Part shown: in pieces, positions 36,848 to 47,342 of the stretch
Layout: each line of letters starts with the position of its first letter
Numbering within the stretch: the stretch's first letter is position 1
From: an uncultured Flavobacteriaceae bacterium
GTDB lineage: Bacteria; Bacteroidota; Bacteroidia; Flavobacteriales; Flavobacteriaceae
Length of the DNA: 64,000 nucleotides
Reading direction: 5' to 3'
NCBI GenBank assembly: GCA_947497245.1
Contig: CANMFO010000004.1
Coordinates: 119,759 to 183,758, forward strand
Notes under the pieces: generated by a model
What the model was told of the DNA's origin: nothing
Databases searched by the model: none
Seen by the model: the letters and a program-made list of their open reading frames with translations, nothing else
Program-made: the position numbers and the translations under genes

Positions 36848-38104
36848 ATGAAGGATTACCATATTTCGAGACACAGTTCGTTCTACACCATTGGCCTGAA
36901 TTACCGAAAAGCGGATGCCGGGTTGCGGGGTAAATTCAGTTTGGACGAGGCGGGTATGGAAACCATATTGCTAGAGGCCAAAGCACAGGATATCGATGGG
37001 CTTTTGGTCACATCCACCTGTAACCGAACGGAACTGCACGGCTTTGCACAGCACCCATTCCAGTTGATCAAACTGCTTTGCGACAATACCGAGGGCACGG
37101 TAGAGGAATTTCAGGAGGTGGCCTATGTGTATAAAAACAACGATGCCATCAACCATCTTTTTAGGGTGGGCACGGGTTTGGACAGCCAAATTTTAGGCGA
37201 TTTCGAGATTATCAGCCAATTGAGGTCCAGCTTTAACCGATCCAAAAAAGTGGGGCTGGCGAATCCGTTTGTGGAACGTTTGTGCAATGCGGTGATCCAG
37301 GCGAGCAAACGCATCAAGAACGAGACGGAGATTTCCTCTGGCACCACTTCGGTCGCCTTTGCCTCCGTACAGTACATTCTGAACAAGGTGGAAGAGGTGT
37401 CCCAAAAGAACATACTGTTGTTCGGAACGGGCAAGATCGGGAGGAACACCTGTGAAAACCTGGTCAAGCATACCAAGAACAGCCATATTACCCTGATCAA
37501 CCGCACCAAGGACAAGGCGGACAGGATTGCCGGCAAGTTTAACCTTGTGGTCAAAAATTACGGTGACCTTCAGACCGAGATCCGTAAATCGGATGTGTTG
37601 ATCGTGGCTACCGGTGCCCAAACACCTACCATTTCGAAAGAATTGATCCATACCAAAAAGCCATTGCTGATCTTGGATCTCTCCGTTCCCAAGAACGTAT
37701 CCGACGATGTTTCCGAACTCGAACATATAACGGTGATCCACCTGGACCAGCTCTCCCAATTGACCGATGACACCTTGGCGAGGAGAAAGCGGTTTATCCC
37801 AGAGGCGGAAGCGATCATTGAGGTAATCAAGGACGACTTTATCCAATGGCTCGAAACCCGAAAGTTCGCGCCGGTCATAAAGGCCCTAAAGCAGAAATTG
37901 AAGACCATGAAGGAGGAGGAGCTCGATTACCAGTCCAAGAAACAAACCGATTTCGACGCCGAGCAGGCCGATGCCATTTCCAATAGGATCATCCAAAAGA
38001 TCACCAAACAGTTTGCCAACCACCTCAAAGACGATTCTGTGGATGCCGACGGCAGCCTTGAACTCATCCAAAAGGTTTTCCAACTCGAAATAGACCCCAA
38101 ATGA
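36848..38104 (+). CDS. hemA: glutamyl-tRNA reductase
   Basis: LLVTSTCNRTELHG carries the catalytic Cys motif. Also QILGDFEIISQ and the NAD-binding LLFGTGKIG. There is an ATGA overlap with hemC at 38101-38104. Confidence 0.9.
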   Translation: MKDYHISRHSSFYTIGLNYRKADAGLRGKFSLDEAGMETILLEAKAQDIDGLLVTSTCNRTELHGFAQHPFQLIKLLCDNTEGTVEEFQEVAYVYKNNDAINHLFRVGTGLDSQILGDFEIISQLRSSFNRSKKVGLANPFVERLCNAVIQASKRIKNETEISSGTTSVAFASVQYILNKVEEVSQKNILLFGTGKIGRNTCENLVKHTKNSHITLINRTKDKADRIAGKFNLVVKNYGDLQTEIRKSDVLIVATGAQTPTISKELIHTKKPLLILDLSVPKNVSDDVSELEHITVIHLDQLSQLTDDTLARRKRFIPEAEAIIEVIKDDFIQWLETRKFAPVIKALKQKLKTMKEEELDYQSKKQTDFDAEQADAISNRIIQKITKQFANHLKDDSVDADGSLELIQKVFQLEIDPK

Positions 38105-39675
38105 GCAAACCGATCCGTATCGGCACCCGCGATAGTGAACTGGCGCTGTGGCAGGCCAATACCGTAAAGGACAAGCTGGAGGCGTTGGGCCACCGTACCG
38201 AATTGGTCCTGGTAAAGTCCACCGGCGACCTGGTCCTCGACAAGCCCCTTTACGAGTTGGGCATAACGGGAATCTTCACCAAAACACTGGATGCGGCCAT
38301 GCTCAATGGAGATGTTGATATTGCCGTACATTCCCTTAAAGATGTACCTACCGCCCTGCCAAAGGGCATTGTGCAGGCAGCAGTTCTGGAAAGGGGCCAT
38401 ACCATTGATCTGCTCGTCTACAAGGACAACCAAGAGTTTTTGGCACAGAAGGATGCGGTGATCGCAACGGGCAGTCTGCGGCGACAGGCACAATGGCTGA
38501 ACCGATATCCGACCCACACTGTGGTCGACCTTCGCGGGAATGTCAATACCCGTCTGGAAAAGCTTAAAGGAAGCCCATGGAACGGTGCTATTTTTGCCGC
38601 GGCCGGGTTGAGTCGCCTGGGGAAGGAACCCCAGAATACCATAGGTCTTACCTGGATGGTGCCCGCCCCGGCACAAGGCGCGGTAGTGGTCGTGGCCATG
38701 GAGGATGACGAATCCATAAAAGAGGCCGTAGCGGCCCTGAATCATCGGGAAACAGAAATTTGTACAGAGATCGAACGCCAGTTTTTAAGATTGTTGGAAG
38801 GGGGCTGTACGGCACCGATCGGTGCCCTGGCATTTATCGAGGAAGATAAAGTTACCTTGAAGGGGGTTTTGTTGAGCAAGATGGGCAACAAAAAATTGGA
38901 GACCGAGAAGACAGTTCCCTTGACGGAGTACAGGGCCCTGGCCGCCATGTGCGCGGAACATATCCTGGTCCGGGGGGGAAGACGCCTGATGAACGATCTT
39001 CAGGAAACGGACAAACATGCCCAGATCTATTCGACAAAGAACCTTACCCCGGAGCAAATGCACCATTTTAAGGATGGTATTGGTGTGCTCTCGGAGGATT
39101 TTGTAAAGATAAGCTTGAACAGATTGCCCCTTGCCACACTGAAAAAGACCATTGAAAATGTGGTCATTACCAGTCAGAATGCCGTGGATGCCATACTCAC
39201 CAGTACGACCGCCCAGGAGTTGAAGTTTAAGAATATTTATTGTGTGGGAAGGCGTACGCGGCGACTTATCGAAAAAAGGATCGGGAAAGTAAAACACACC
39301 GAAAACAACGCCAAAAAATTGGCCGACCATTTGGTGGAGTACATGGAGGGCCTGGAGGTGACCTATTTCTGCAGCGATCAACGATTGGACCAACTGCCCG
39401 ATATCCTTACCGGGAACAATATCAAAGTACACGAAATCGAGGCCTATAAGACCAAGCTTTCCCCAGTGGCGGTCGACGAGAAGGTTAAGGGGGTCATGTT
39501 TTACAGCCCCTCAACGATAAACAGCTACCTGTTGGAAAACAAGGCGGACAAAATAGCGTATTGTATCGGTGAGACCACGGCCCGGGAGGCAAGAAAACAT
39601 TTTGCGGAGGTCAAGGTGGCAAAATTTCCCAGTGTGGAAAGTGTGATCGACCTAGTGAACGCCGACATGAAATAA
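38101..39675 (+). CDS. hemC: bifunctional hydroxymethylbilane synthase / uroporphyrinogen-III synthase (HemC-HemD fusion)
   Basis: The N-terminal ~300 aa carry IRIGTRDSELALWQA, HSLKDVPT and LEGGCTAPIGA (HemC). The C-terminal ~220 aa (IYSTKNL...VVITSQNAVDA...VMFYSPSTI) look like HemD. Confidence 0.8.
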   Translation: MSKPIRIGTRDSELALWQANTVKDKLEALGHRTELVLVKSTGDLVLDKPLYELGITGIFTKTLDAAMLNGDVDIAVHSLKDVPTALPKGIVQAAVLERGHTIDLLVYKDNQEFLAQKDAVIATGSLRRQAQWLNRYPTHTVVDLRGNVNTRLEKLKGSPWNGAIFAAAGLSRLGKEPQNTIGLTWMVPAPAQGAVVVVAMEDDESIKEAVAALNHRETEICTEIERQFLRLLEGGCTAPIGALAFIEEDKVTLKGVLLSKMGNKKLETEKTVPLTEYRALAAMCAEHILVRGGRRLMNDLQETDKHAQIYSTKNLTPEQMHHFKDGIGVLSEDFVKISLNRLPLATLKKTIENVVITSQNAVDAILTSTTAQELKFKNIYCVGRRTRRLIEKRIGKVKHTENNAKKLADHLVEYMEGLEVTYFCSDQRLDQLPDILTGNNIKVHEIEAYKTKLSPVAVDEKVKGVMFYSPSTINSYLLENKADKIAYCIGETTAREARKHFAEVKVAKFPSVESVIDLVNADMK

Positions 39676-39797
39676 ATGATAACGTTTGAGCGTGCCATTA
39701 TGGGGCCGCTACCTGGCCACGAACCAAATTGGCGTTCCAGACCAGCGGATTGCGGCTCCCGGAAGGTATTGGGAAGGCGATTATGAATACATGTAAT

Positions 39798-40820
39798 ATG
39801 ATCAAAAACGATTTGTTCCTTAAGGCCCTTAAAGGGGAAACGGTCAATAGGCCCCCCGTTTGGATGATGCGCCAAGCCGGCCGTTATCTGCCCGAATTCA
39901 TGGAGATCCGTGAAAAATATGATTTTTTTACACGCTGCCAGACCCCGGAACTGGCTTCCGAAATCACCGTGCAGCCCATTCGCAGGTACGGGATGGACGC
40001 CGCCATTCTGTTCTCGGATATTTTGGTGATCCCACAGGCGATGGGAATCGAGGTGCAGATGAAGCCCAACTTCGGACCTTACCTTCCCCGTCCGGTCCGG
40101 TCCAAAAAAGAGGTCGATCATGTTGTTGTGCCAGACGTTAACGTGGCACTGGACTATGTGATGCAGGCCATTCGGATGACCAAGGAGAAACTGAACGATG
40201 AGGTCCCCCTGATCGGTTTTGCCGGGTCGCCATGGACCATTTTGTGCTATTGCGTACAGGGGCAGGGCAGCAAAACCTTTGATAGGGCCAAAGAACTTTG
40301 TTTCACGCAACCCCTTGCTGCCCATGAACTTTTGCAGAAGATCACGGATACCACCATTGCCTACCTCAAGGCCAAGGTGCAGGCCGGAGTCGATGCCGTA
40401 CAGGTATTCGATTCTTGGGGAGGGATGCTCTCCCCGGTCGATTACAAGGAGTTTTCATGGCCTTACATCCAGCAGATCATAGACGCCCTAAAAGAGGAGG
40501 CCCCCGTCATTGTATTCGGAAAGGGATGTTGGTTCGCCTTGGGTGATATGGCAAAGTCGGGTGCGGCCGCCCTTGGGGTGGATTGGACCTGCTCTGCCCG
40601 AAATGCGCGATATTTGACCGGTGGAAACATCACCTTGCAGGGCAATTTTGATCCCGCAAGGCTACTGTCGCCTCCTTCCGAAATTAAAAGGATGGTCGAA
40701 CAAATGATCAATGAATTTGGAAAAGACCGTTATGTGGTGAACCTGGGGCACGGCATTTTGCCGAATGTTCCGGTTGAAAACGCCAAAGCGTTCATCGATG
40801 CCGTAAAAACATACGGATAA
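39798..40820 (+). CDS. hemE: uroporphyrinogen decarboxylase
   Basis: [34 protein letters not shown] is the canonical HemE N-terminus. The ORF-track start at 39729 (TTG) is probably too long. Confidence 0.9.
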   Translation: MIKNDLFLKALKGETVNRPPVWMMRQAGRYLPEFMEIREKYDFFTRCQTPELASEITVQPIRRYGMDAAILFSDILVIPQAMGIEVQMKPNFGPYLPRPVRSKKEVDHVVVPDVNVALDYVMQAIRMTKEKLNDEVPLIGFAGSPWTILCYCVQGQGSKTFDRAKELCFTQPLAAHELLQKITDTTIAYLKAKVQAGVDAVQVFDSWGGMLSPVDYKEFSWPYIQQIIDALKEEAPVIVFGKGCWFALGDMAKSGAAALGVDWTCSARNARYLTGGNITLQGNFDPARLLSPPSEIKRMVEQMINEFGKDRYVVNLGHGILPNVPVENAKAFIDAVKTYG

Positions 40821-41223
40821 TACGATCAACCCATTAAAGGCCTTGCTCAATACCCTGGATGGATGACCCGGACCGTCGGGGCATTTTCAAATCATGCCTT
40901 TCGGGCGCTGCGGGCGAAGGCCTTCAGGGTTATCGCCCATCGCTCCAACAAGCGAGGCATCGCGGTCGCTGAAAAGAACGGTTTTTGTCTGGCAAAAAGA
41001 ACTTCCCGTTGAATTTAAACCCCTAGGGAAACGAGCTGTGGATATGGAGTTGTATGAGCGGTACTTCGGGGCAGGTCGAAGAACAACTTAGAAAAAATTA
41101 CATCCGCCAAGTAGGTCGGGCATGTACCGTTTGATCTTGTTGCTTTCCATTGCCAGCTCGCCTTTTTCCAGGTTTCCATTTCAATTTTTGTACATTTAGT
41201 CACAATGTAAAATTATTCAGCGC

Positions 41224-41970
41224 ATGCGGAAAAAAGGAATTCTACTTCTTTTAATGGGGATACTTGGTGAGTCTTGCCATGTTTCGCAAGCGACCGTCGG
41301 TCATCCCGGGGATTTGGCCAAAGTCCTGAAAGTTCCGGAAATTGAGTACAACGGGGAAGTCGATCTACGGGAGGTTTCCCGGCTTTTGGAGGCCCAGGTC
41401 GAACCTCAGGTCATCGGAACGGTCAATTGGGAGGCATTTCCATACCGTCCGGATGTCCAGTTCAGGATAGCACACAGCAATAACAAACTGTGGCTAAAAT
41501 TCCATGTCACCGAAGATAATATACTGGCGCGGCGTACCGAGGCCAATACCGCTACCCATCGCGATAGCTGTGTGGAGTTTTTCTTGGACCCGCAACAGAA
41601 TGGGGACTATTATAATTTCGAGTTCAATTGTATCGGCACCACCCATCTGGCCTATGGTTCGGAAGGGGGCAAACGCGAATTTGTGCCGCCCGGGAATATT
41701 CGGGAGCAGATTTTGATCGAATCCTCCTTGGGAGACCAACCTTTTCCAGAAAGGACCGGGGGGCATTCTTGGGAGATGACCATGGTGATTCCCGCAGAAA
41801 TTCTTGTCCATGAAAAAGGGATACAGCTCAAGGGCCTGACGGCCAATGCCAATTTTTATAAATGTGGGGATGACACGGCCGTTCCGCATTACCTAAGCTG
41901 GAACCCTGTGGGAACAGATCGTCCCAATTTCCATCAACCCAAATTTTTCGGAAGGTTGATCTTTGAATAA
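41224..41970 (+). CDS. carbohydrate-binding family 9-like / DOMON-like secreted protein (tentative)
   Basis: Signal peptide. DSCVEFFLDPQQNGDYYNFEFNCIGT resembles CBM9-like proteins; this is from memory only. Confidence 0.45.
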   Translation: MRKKGILLLLMGILGESCHVSQATVGHPGDLAKVLKVPEIEYNGEVDLREVSRLLEAQVEPQVIGTVNWEAFPYRPDVQFRIAHSNNKLWLKFHVTEDNILARRTEANTATHRDSCVEFFLDPQQNGDYYNFEFNCIGTTHLAYGSEGGKREFVPPGNIREQILIESSLGDQPFPERTGGHSWEMTMVIPAEILVHEKGIQLKGLTANANFYKCGDDTAVPHYLSWNPVGTDRPNFHQPKFFGRLIFE

Positions 41971-42201
41971 AGGAAGGTAAAAAGGAGAACTCCCGTCCGT
42001 CCGGCCCGACCTGTTGTTAAAATCAAGGTGTGTTCGAGCACATATTTTGAAAATCACTTGCTTTATATAAAAAAGAACTTTACCTTGACCTGGCAGTAGC
42101 CCACTGTTAATCAAAGATTCGGATTGCACCTCCCAATGGATATTTTGGGAAAAGTACCGCAATAGGGCGGCACCGGCAGAAATACTGCGACGACCACGAC
42201 C

Positions 42202-43971
42202 ATGACCAAAAAGTTCCTCTTTAGAAAGTTCCTGCCGTTCCTCGGCCTTTTCGGTGTTTTTTTTGGGTGCGACCAACAGCCGGAAGAAGTAAATGGCGGT
42301 CTTTTTTTGCCCGATGATTTCCAAGCTGTCGTCGTGGTCGATAGCATAGCGGAAACGGTCAGGCATATGGCGGTTACCGATGATGGACTGCTCTATGCGA
42401 AACTTCGAAATTCCTCGGAAAATGGATCGGTGGCCGTGTTGCAAGATACCGATGGAGATGGCGGAGCGGACATCATAGAAAAATTTGGAGGATATGGGGG
42501 AAAGGAAAAATGGAGCTATGCAACGGCCATGCGTGTCTACAACGGATATATCTATTTTAGTTCGGACTTAGTCGTATATCGTTACAAACTAAAACCAGGG
42601 ACCTTGGTTCCAACGGGCGAAAAGGAAATTGTCCTCACGGACGATCACGAGCATGGAAAACACGAGCATATCGGAAAACCCATAGCTTTTGACAACAAGG
42701 GCCATATGTTTGTGCCCTTTGGAGCACCTTCCAACGCCTGTCAGGATCCAAAGCGCACCCCGGGAGCCCCCGGACTTGATCCATGCCCCCAGTTGGAGAA
42801 TCACGGAGGGGTTTGGCGGTTCGATGCCAACAAATTGGGACAGACCCAAAAAGACGGTTATAAATACGCCTCGGGCATCCGCAGTGTGGTGGCCATGAAC
42901 TGGAACCCTGTTGACGAGGAATTGTATATTGTAATGCACGGTCGGGACGATTTGCTGAGGTTATGGCCCAATAAGTTCTCTCCATGGGAAAGTGCCCTGT
43001 TGCCTTCCGAGGAATTTATGAGAGTGACCGAGGGCTCCAACTTTGGATGGCCCTATTGCTACTACGACCAACTAAAAGAAAAAAAAGTATTGGCTCCCGA
43101 ATATGGTGGCGATGGGGAGATCGTGGGCCGATGTGATGAATTTGACGACCCCATTATTGGATTCCCCGGTCATTGGGCCCCGAACGACCTGGTCTTTTAT
43201 GAGGGCGATCAGTTTCCGGAACGTTACAAACACGGCGCCTTTATCGCCTTTCACGGCTCCACGAACCGGGCTCCCTACCCACAATCGGGCTATTGCGTGG
43301 GCTTTGTTCCCTTTAAGGACGGGAAACCCAGTGGGGACTGGGAAATATTTGCCGATGGTTTTGCCGAAGTAGATCCCATAGTAAGCGTGAACGACGCAGT
43401 GCACCGCCCCATGGGGATCGCGGTTGGTCCGGATGGGGCCTTATACCTGTCCGACTCTGTCGAGGGCAAAATATGGAAGGTGACCTATACGGGCGACAAG
43501 GCCAGTTTTGGCACCGCCCAGTTGGCCAAAATGGAAGAAAGGAAAACCCTTTCGCATATCAGGACGCCCGACGAGGTCGCCGATAATCTAATGAAGGATG
43601 AGATGGCGGGAGGGGAAAAGACCTACTACCGGTATTGCAGTGCCTGCCATCAGTTGAATGGTCAGGGAGCCTCCGGAAGATTTCCGCCGCTTACCGGAAC
43701 GGATTGGGTCACCGGGGATAAGGAACGCCTGATACAGGTACTGCTCAGGGGAATGGAAGGTAGTTTGGAAGTAGATGGGAAGGTCTTTAACGGGATGATG
43801 CCCCAGCACGGTTTTTTGACCGACCTTGAGATTTCCGAGGTGCTCACCTATATACGATCTAATTTTGGGAACGACGCAAGTCCCATCGCCGAACATGAGG
43901 TTGAAACGATGAGAACCACCCTGGAGAGCAGTGGGGAACCCCTTGAACCGATTCGAACCACCACCGAATAA
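42202..43971 (+). CDS. PQQ-dependent (sorbosone/glucose dehydrogenase-like) beta-propeller fused to a C-terminal cytochrome c domain; lipoprotein
   Basis: Lipobox ...VFFGCDQQ. The soluble sugar dehydrogenase-like core has GWPYCYYD and HRPMGIAVGPDGALYLSD. The C-terminal CSACH heme-binding motif is followed by a downstream Met (GMMPQH). Confidence 0.7.
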   Translation: MTKKFLFRKFLPFLGLFGVFFGCDQQPEEVNGGLFLPDDFQAVVVVDSIAETVRHMAVTDDGLLYAKLRNSSENGSVAVLQDTDGDGGADIIEKFGGYGGKEKWSYATAMRVYNGYIYFSSDLVVYRYKLKPGTLVPTGEKEIVLTDDHEHGKHEHIGKPIAFDNKGHMFVPFGAPSNACQDPKRTPGAPGLDPCPQLENHGGVWRFDANKLGQTQKDGYKYASGIRSVVAMNWNPVDEELYIVMHGRDDLLRLWPNKFSPWESALLPSEEFMRVTEGSNFGWPYCYYDQLKEKKVLAPEYGGDGEIVGRCDEFDDPIIGFPGHWAPNDLVFYEGDQFPERYKHGAFIAFHGSTNRAPYPQSGYCVGFVPFKDGKPSGDWEIFADGFAEVDPIVSVNDAVHRPMGIAVGPDGALYLSDSVEGKIWKVTYTGDKASFGTAQLAKMEERKTLSHIRTPDEVADNLMKDEMAGGEKTYYRYCSACHQLNGQGASGRFPPLTGTDWVTGDKERLIQVLLRGMEGSLEVDGKVFNGMMPQHGFLTDLEISEVLTYIRSNFGNDASPIAEHEVETMRTTLESSGEPLEPIRTTTE

Positions 43972-43990
43972 CTAATTAAAACCGACCATA

Positions 43991-45247
43991 ATGAAAATGA
44001 AGACTTCGATTTCAAAATATTTTTTGGCAACCCTGTTGTTTGTCGGCTTTGTACAGGTCGGACTACCCCAGGATTTTGACATTTTGATCAAAGGGGGACA
44101 TGTGATCGATACCAAGAATTCTATAGATGGTATTCGGGATGTGGCCGTCAAGGATGGGAAGGTGGTCCAGGTAGCTGCCGATATCCAGGAAGACAAGGCT
44201 AAAAAGGTAGTCGATGCCAAGGGGCTCTATGTGGTTCCGGGCCTGATCGATATCCATAGCCATAACTTCCACGGCACGGAACCCGATGCCTATCTCAGCA
44301 ACAGTTTCACTGCACTGCCCCCGGATGGGTTCAGTTTTGAAAGTGGGGTCACGACCATTGTGGATGTCGGCGGTGCCGGTTGGCGCAACTTTCGAATTTT
44401 CAAGGAGCAGACCATCGACCGTTCAAAGACCCGGGTACTGTCCTTCCTGAATATTGTGGGCTCCGGAATGAAAGGTGGCGCCATAGAACAAAACCAGGCG
44501 GATATGGATGCCAAACTTACCGCCATGGTGGCCAAACAATATCCAGGGATCGTCGTCGGGGTGAAATTGGCCCACTATAGTGGATTCGATTGGACGCCCA
44601 CGGAAAGGGCTGTGGAAGCGGGAAAATTGGCGGATATACCCGTGATGATCGATTTTGGGGGGAGCGATCCGGAGCTGTCCATTGAAAAACTCTTTATGGA
44701 GAAATTGCGTCCCGGGGATATTTTTACCCATGCCTATGCACACGTCAAGGGCCGAATCCCGGTAGTCGACGAAGAGGAAAAGGTACGCGACTACGTCTTT
44801 GCCGCCCAAAAGAGGGGCATTGTTTTCGACGTGGGCCATGGAGGGGGGAGCTTTTTGTTCGAACAGGCGGTCCCGGCGATGAAACAGGGGTTCAAACCCA
44901 ATACGATCAGTACCGACCTCCATACCGGTAGCATGAACGGGGGTATGAAGGATATCATCAATGTGATGTCGAAATTCGTCAATATGGAAATGCCGGTGAA
45001 CGAGGTGATCGCATGTGTTACCTGGAATGCCGCAAAGAGCATAAAGCGAACGGATCTTGGCCATTTATCGGTAGGTGCCGTGGCCGATGTTACCATTCTG
45101 AACCTTAGAAAAGGGGATTTCGGTTTTATCGATACCCAGGGCAAAAAAATGATGGGCGATAAAAAACTGGAATGTGAATTGACCATACGGGACGGTAAGG
45201 TGGTATACGATCTTAATGGGCTGGCGTCTCCTCTGTGGAACAAATAA
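43991..45247 (+). CDS. amidohydrolase/deacetylase-family metallohydrolase, secreted
   Basis: Signal peptide, then PGLIDIHSHNFHG (HxH metal motif) and the C-terminal ADVTILNL...IRDGKVVYD. Confidence 0.7.
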   Translation: MKMKTSISKYFLATLLFVGFVQVGLPQDFDILIKGGHVIDTKNSIDGIRDVAVKDGKVVQVAADIQEDKAKKVVDAKGLYVVPGLIDIHSHNFHGTEPDAYLSNSFTALPPDGFSFESGVTTIVDVGGAGWRNFRIFKEQTIDRSKTRVLSFLNIVGSGMKGGAIEQNQADMDAKLTAMVAKQYPGIVVGVKLAHYSGFDWTPTERAVEAGKLADIPVMIDFGGSDPELSIEKLFMEKLRPGDIFTHAYAHVKGRIPVVDEEEKVRDYVFAAQKRGIVFDVGHGGGSFLFEQAVPAMKQGFKPNTISTDLHTGSMNGGMKDIINVMSKFVNMEMPVNEVIACVTWNAAKSIKRTDLGHLSVGAVADVTILNLRKGDFGFIDTQGKKMMGDKKLECELTIRDGKVVYDLNGLASPLWNK

Positions 45248-45260
45248 TAAACACTGTACC

Positions 45261-46376
45261 ATGAAAAAGACCTACCTTCTTTTATTGATCGCTTCCTTGG
45301 TCTGCCTGGTCATCTCCGTCGCTCTGTTGGTCATGGGAAGTGGACATCAAGCCGGACCGGCAGTGATTTTGTTTTTTCTCTTCCTTGCCCTGGCGGCCCG
45401 GGGGCACAAAAGCTTTAAAGGGTTTTCGTTCACGATCATCATTTTTGCCGCCGTGGCGGTTTCCATGTTCTATCCGGCCCATCTCAGGGAAGTGGGCAGT
45501 TTTCAAATGAAGGCGCTCATCGTTCCCTTGCTCCAGATCATCATGTTCGGTATGGGGACCGCAATGAGCATAAAGGACTTTGTAGGGGTTGTAAAGATGC
45601 CCAAGGGAGTATTGGTGGGCCTGGCTTGCCAGTTTACCATCATGCCCATTTTGGGCTTTACCATCGCAACGGCATTTGGTTTTCCAGCTGAAATAGCCGC
45701 AGGTGTAGTATTGGTGGGGTCCTCGCCGAGCGGGTTGGCCTCCAATGTAATGGCCTATCTTGCCAAGGCAAATGTTGCCCTATCCGTGACACTTACGGCC
45801 GTCGCCACACTTTTGGCCCCCCTGATGACCCCTTTGATGATGGAACTGTTCGCGGGGGAATTTGTACCCATAGATTTCTGGGGAATGATGTTGAGCATTG
45901 TGAAAATTGTTATCTTACCCATTATTGCCGGTCTGCTGTTCAATCATTTTTTTCACGGCAAGACCAAATGGTTCGATAAGGCCATGCCCATCGTATCCAT
46001 GGCCGGGATCGCTTTCATCATCATGATCATCACCGCAGCGGGAAGGGATAGTCTACTTTCCATAGGGCTCTTTCTGATCTTGGCGGCCATCATACACAAT
46101 GCCGCAGGATACTTTTTGGGATATTGGGGGTGCCGCTTGTTCAAGATGGACGAGCGGGATTGCCGTACGATTGCCCTTGAAGTGGGGATGCAGAACGGAG
46201 GATTGGCATCTGGCATTGCCCTGGAAATGGGCAAAGTGGCCACGGTCGGCCTCGCGCCGGCGGTCTTTGGCCCCTGGATGAACATTTCGGGCTCTTCCCT
46301 GGCCACGTATTGGAGGGATAAAGATCCGGATAAGACCGAAAAAGAGCCATTGGAGAACATACAATTGGATACCTAA
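45261..46376 (+). CDS. bile acid:sodium symporter (BASS) family transporter
   Basis: ~10 TM segments, GSSPSGLASNVMAYLA and EVGMQNGGLASGIA blocks. ATG at 45261 avoids overlap with the upstream gene. Confidence 0.75.
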   Translation: MKKTYLLLLIASLVCLVISVALLVMGSGHQAGPAVILFFLFLALAARGHKSFKGFSFTIIIFAAVAVSMFYPAHLREVGSFQMKALIVPLLQIIMFGMGTAMSIKDFVGVVKMPKGVLVGLACQFTIMPILGFTIATAFGFPAEIAAGVVLVGSSPSGLASNVMAYLAKANVALSVTLTAVATLLAPLMTPLMMELFAGEFVPIDFWGMMLSIVKIVILPIIAGLLFNHFFHGKTKWFDKAMPIVSMAGIAFIIMIITAAGRDSLLSIGLFLILAAIIHNAAGYFLGYWGCRLFKMDERDCRTIALEVGMQNGGLASGIALEMGKVATVGLAPAVFGPWMNISGSSLATYWRDKDPDKTEKEPLENIQLDT

Positions 46377-46392
46377 AATAAAACGGACACAT

Positions 46393-47310
46393 ATGAAAGC
46401 ATTAAAGACCATATTTTTAGTAGTGATGGTCGGCCATTTGGCCGGGGCCCAGACCGCGACCAAGGATCAAATCCTGTTTCTTACCCCCCAATGGGAAGGA
46501 GAACGTTTTGAAGATGGAAGGCCCAAAGTGGCCGATGACATCCTCGAGAGGCTGAAGGGGGTATCCATTGAGGAAGCCTGGGGCGTCCTGAGAAACGAAG
46601 GCTACCACAACCAGTTCGAAGGCGGATGGAAACTGTTGCACGACGATGTGCCCATTGTCGGGCGTGCCCTTACCGTGCAATATATGCCGGACCGTCCGGA
46701 CGTATCGGACCAGATAAAGAAAAAAGGAAAGGAGGACGGACAGCTCGGCAATACCAATTCTTGGCCCATCGATATGCTTGTGGAAGGCGATGTCTATGTG
46801 GCCGATGGCTTTGGAAAAATCGTGGACGGTACCCTGATAGGCGATAATTTGGGAAATTCCATCTATGCAAAATCCAAAAATGGAGTGGTGTTCAACGCTT
46901 CGAGCCGAGATCTGGAAGGACTTTCAAAGATTGAAGGCTTCAACGCCTTTGTACGGGATTGGCACCCCTCTTTTCTGACCGGGGTGATGTTGGAGAGCAT
47001 CAATACGACCATCCGGATTGGAGCGGCGACCGTACTCCCCGGGGACATTGTTCTGGGGAAAAAGGAGGGAGTGGTCTTCATTCCGGCCCATCTGGCCGAG
47101 AAGGTGGTCGTGACCTCAGAGGTGGTGCGGTTGCGCGACCTGTTCGGAATTGGGAAGTTGAAGGAGGGCAAATACACCCCGGGACAAATAGACAATAAAT
47201 GGTCTGAAGAAATTGAAAAGGATTTTTCACAATGGCTCAAGGACCATATCGATGATCTTCCCGTACCCAAGGAGCAGATACAAGAATTGTTGAAGAAAAG
47301 AACCTGGTAA
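46393..47310 (+). CDS. RraA-family protein (aldolase/decarboxylase-like) with a Sec signal peptide
   Basis: MKALKTIFLVVMVGHLAGAQ leader. The RraA-like core has GDVYVADGFGKIVDGTLIGDNLGNSIYAKSKNGVVFNASSRDLEG. Confidence 0.65.
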   Translation: MKALKTIFLVVMVGHLAGAQTATKDQILFLTPQWEGERFEDGRPKVADDILERLKGVSIEEAWGVLRNEGYHNQFEGGWKLLHDDVPIVGRALTVQYMPDRPDVSDQIKKKGKEDGQLGNTNSWPIDMLVEGDVYVADGFGKIVDGTLIGDNLGNSIYAKSKNGVVFNASSRDLEGLSKIEGFNAFVRDWHPSFLTGVMLESINTTIRIGAATVLPGDIVLGKKEGVVFIPAHLAEKVVVTSEVVRLRDLFGIGKLKEGKYTPGQIDNKWSEEIEKDFSQWLKDHIDDLPVPKEQIQELLKKRTW

Positions 47311-47342
47311 AAACCAAATACACAATCTAAAGAACAGAATAT

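Noticed and set aside
45216-45260. Upstream extension of the BASS transporter ORF overlapping the amidohydrolase gene by 32 nt
   Set aside because: The extension (MGWRLLCGTNNKHCT) is not membrane-protein-like. ATG at 45261 begins directly with a hydrophobic TM segment and removes the overlap.
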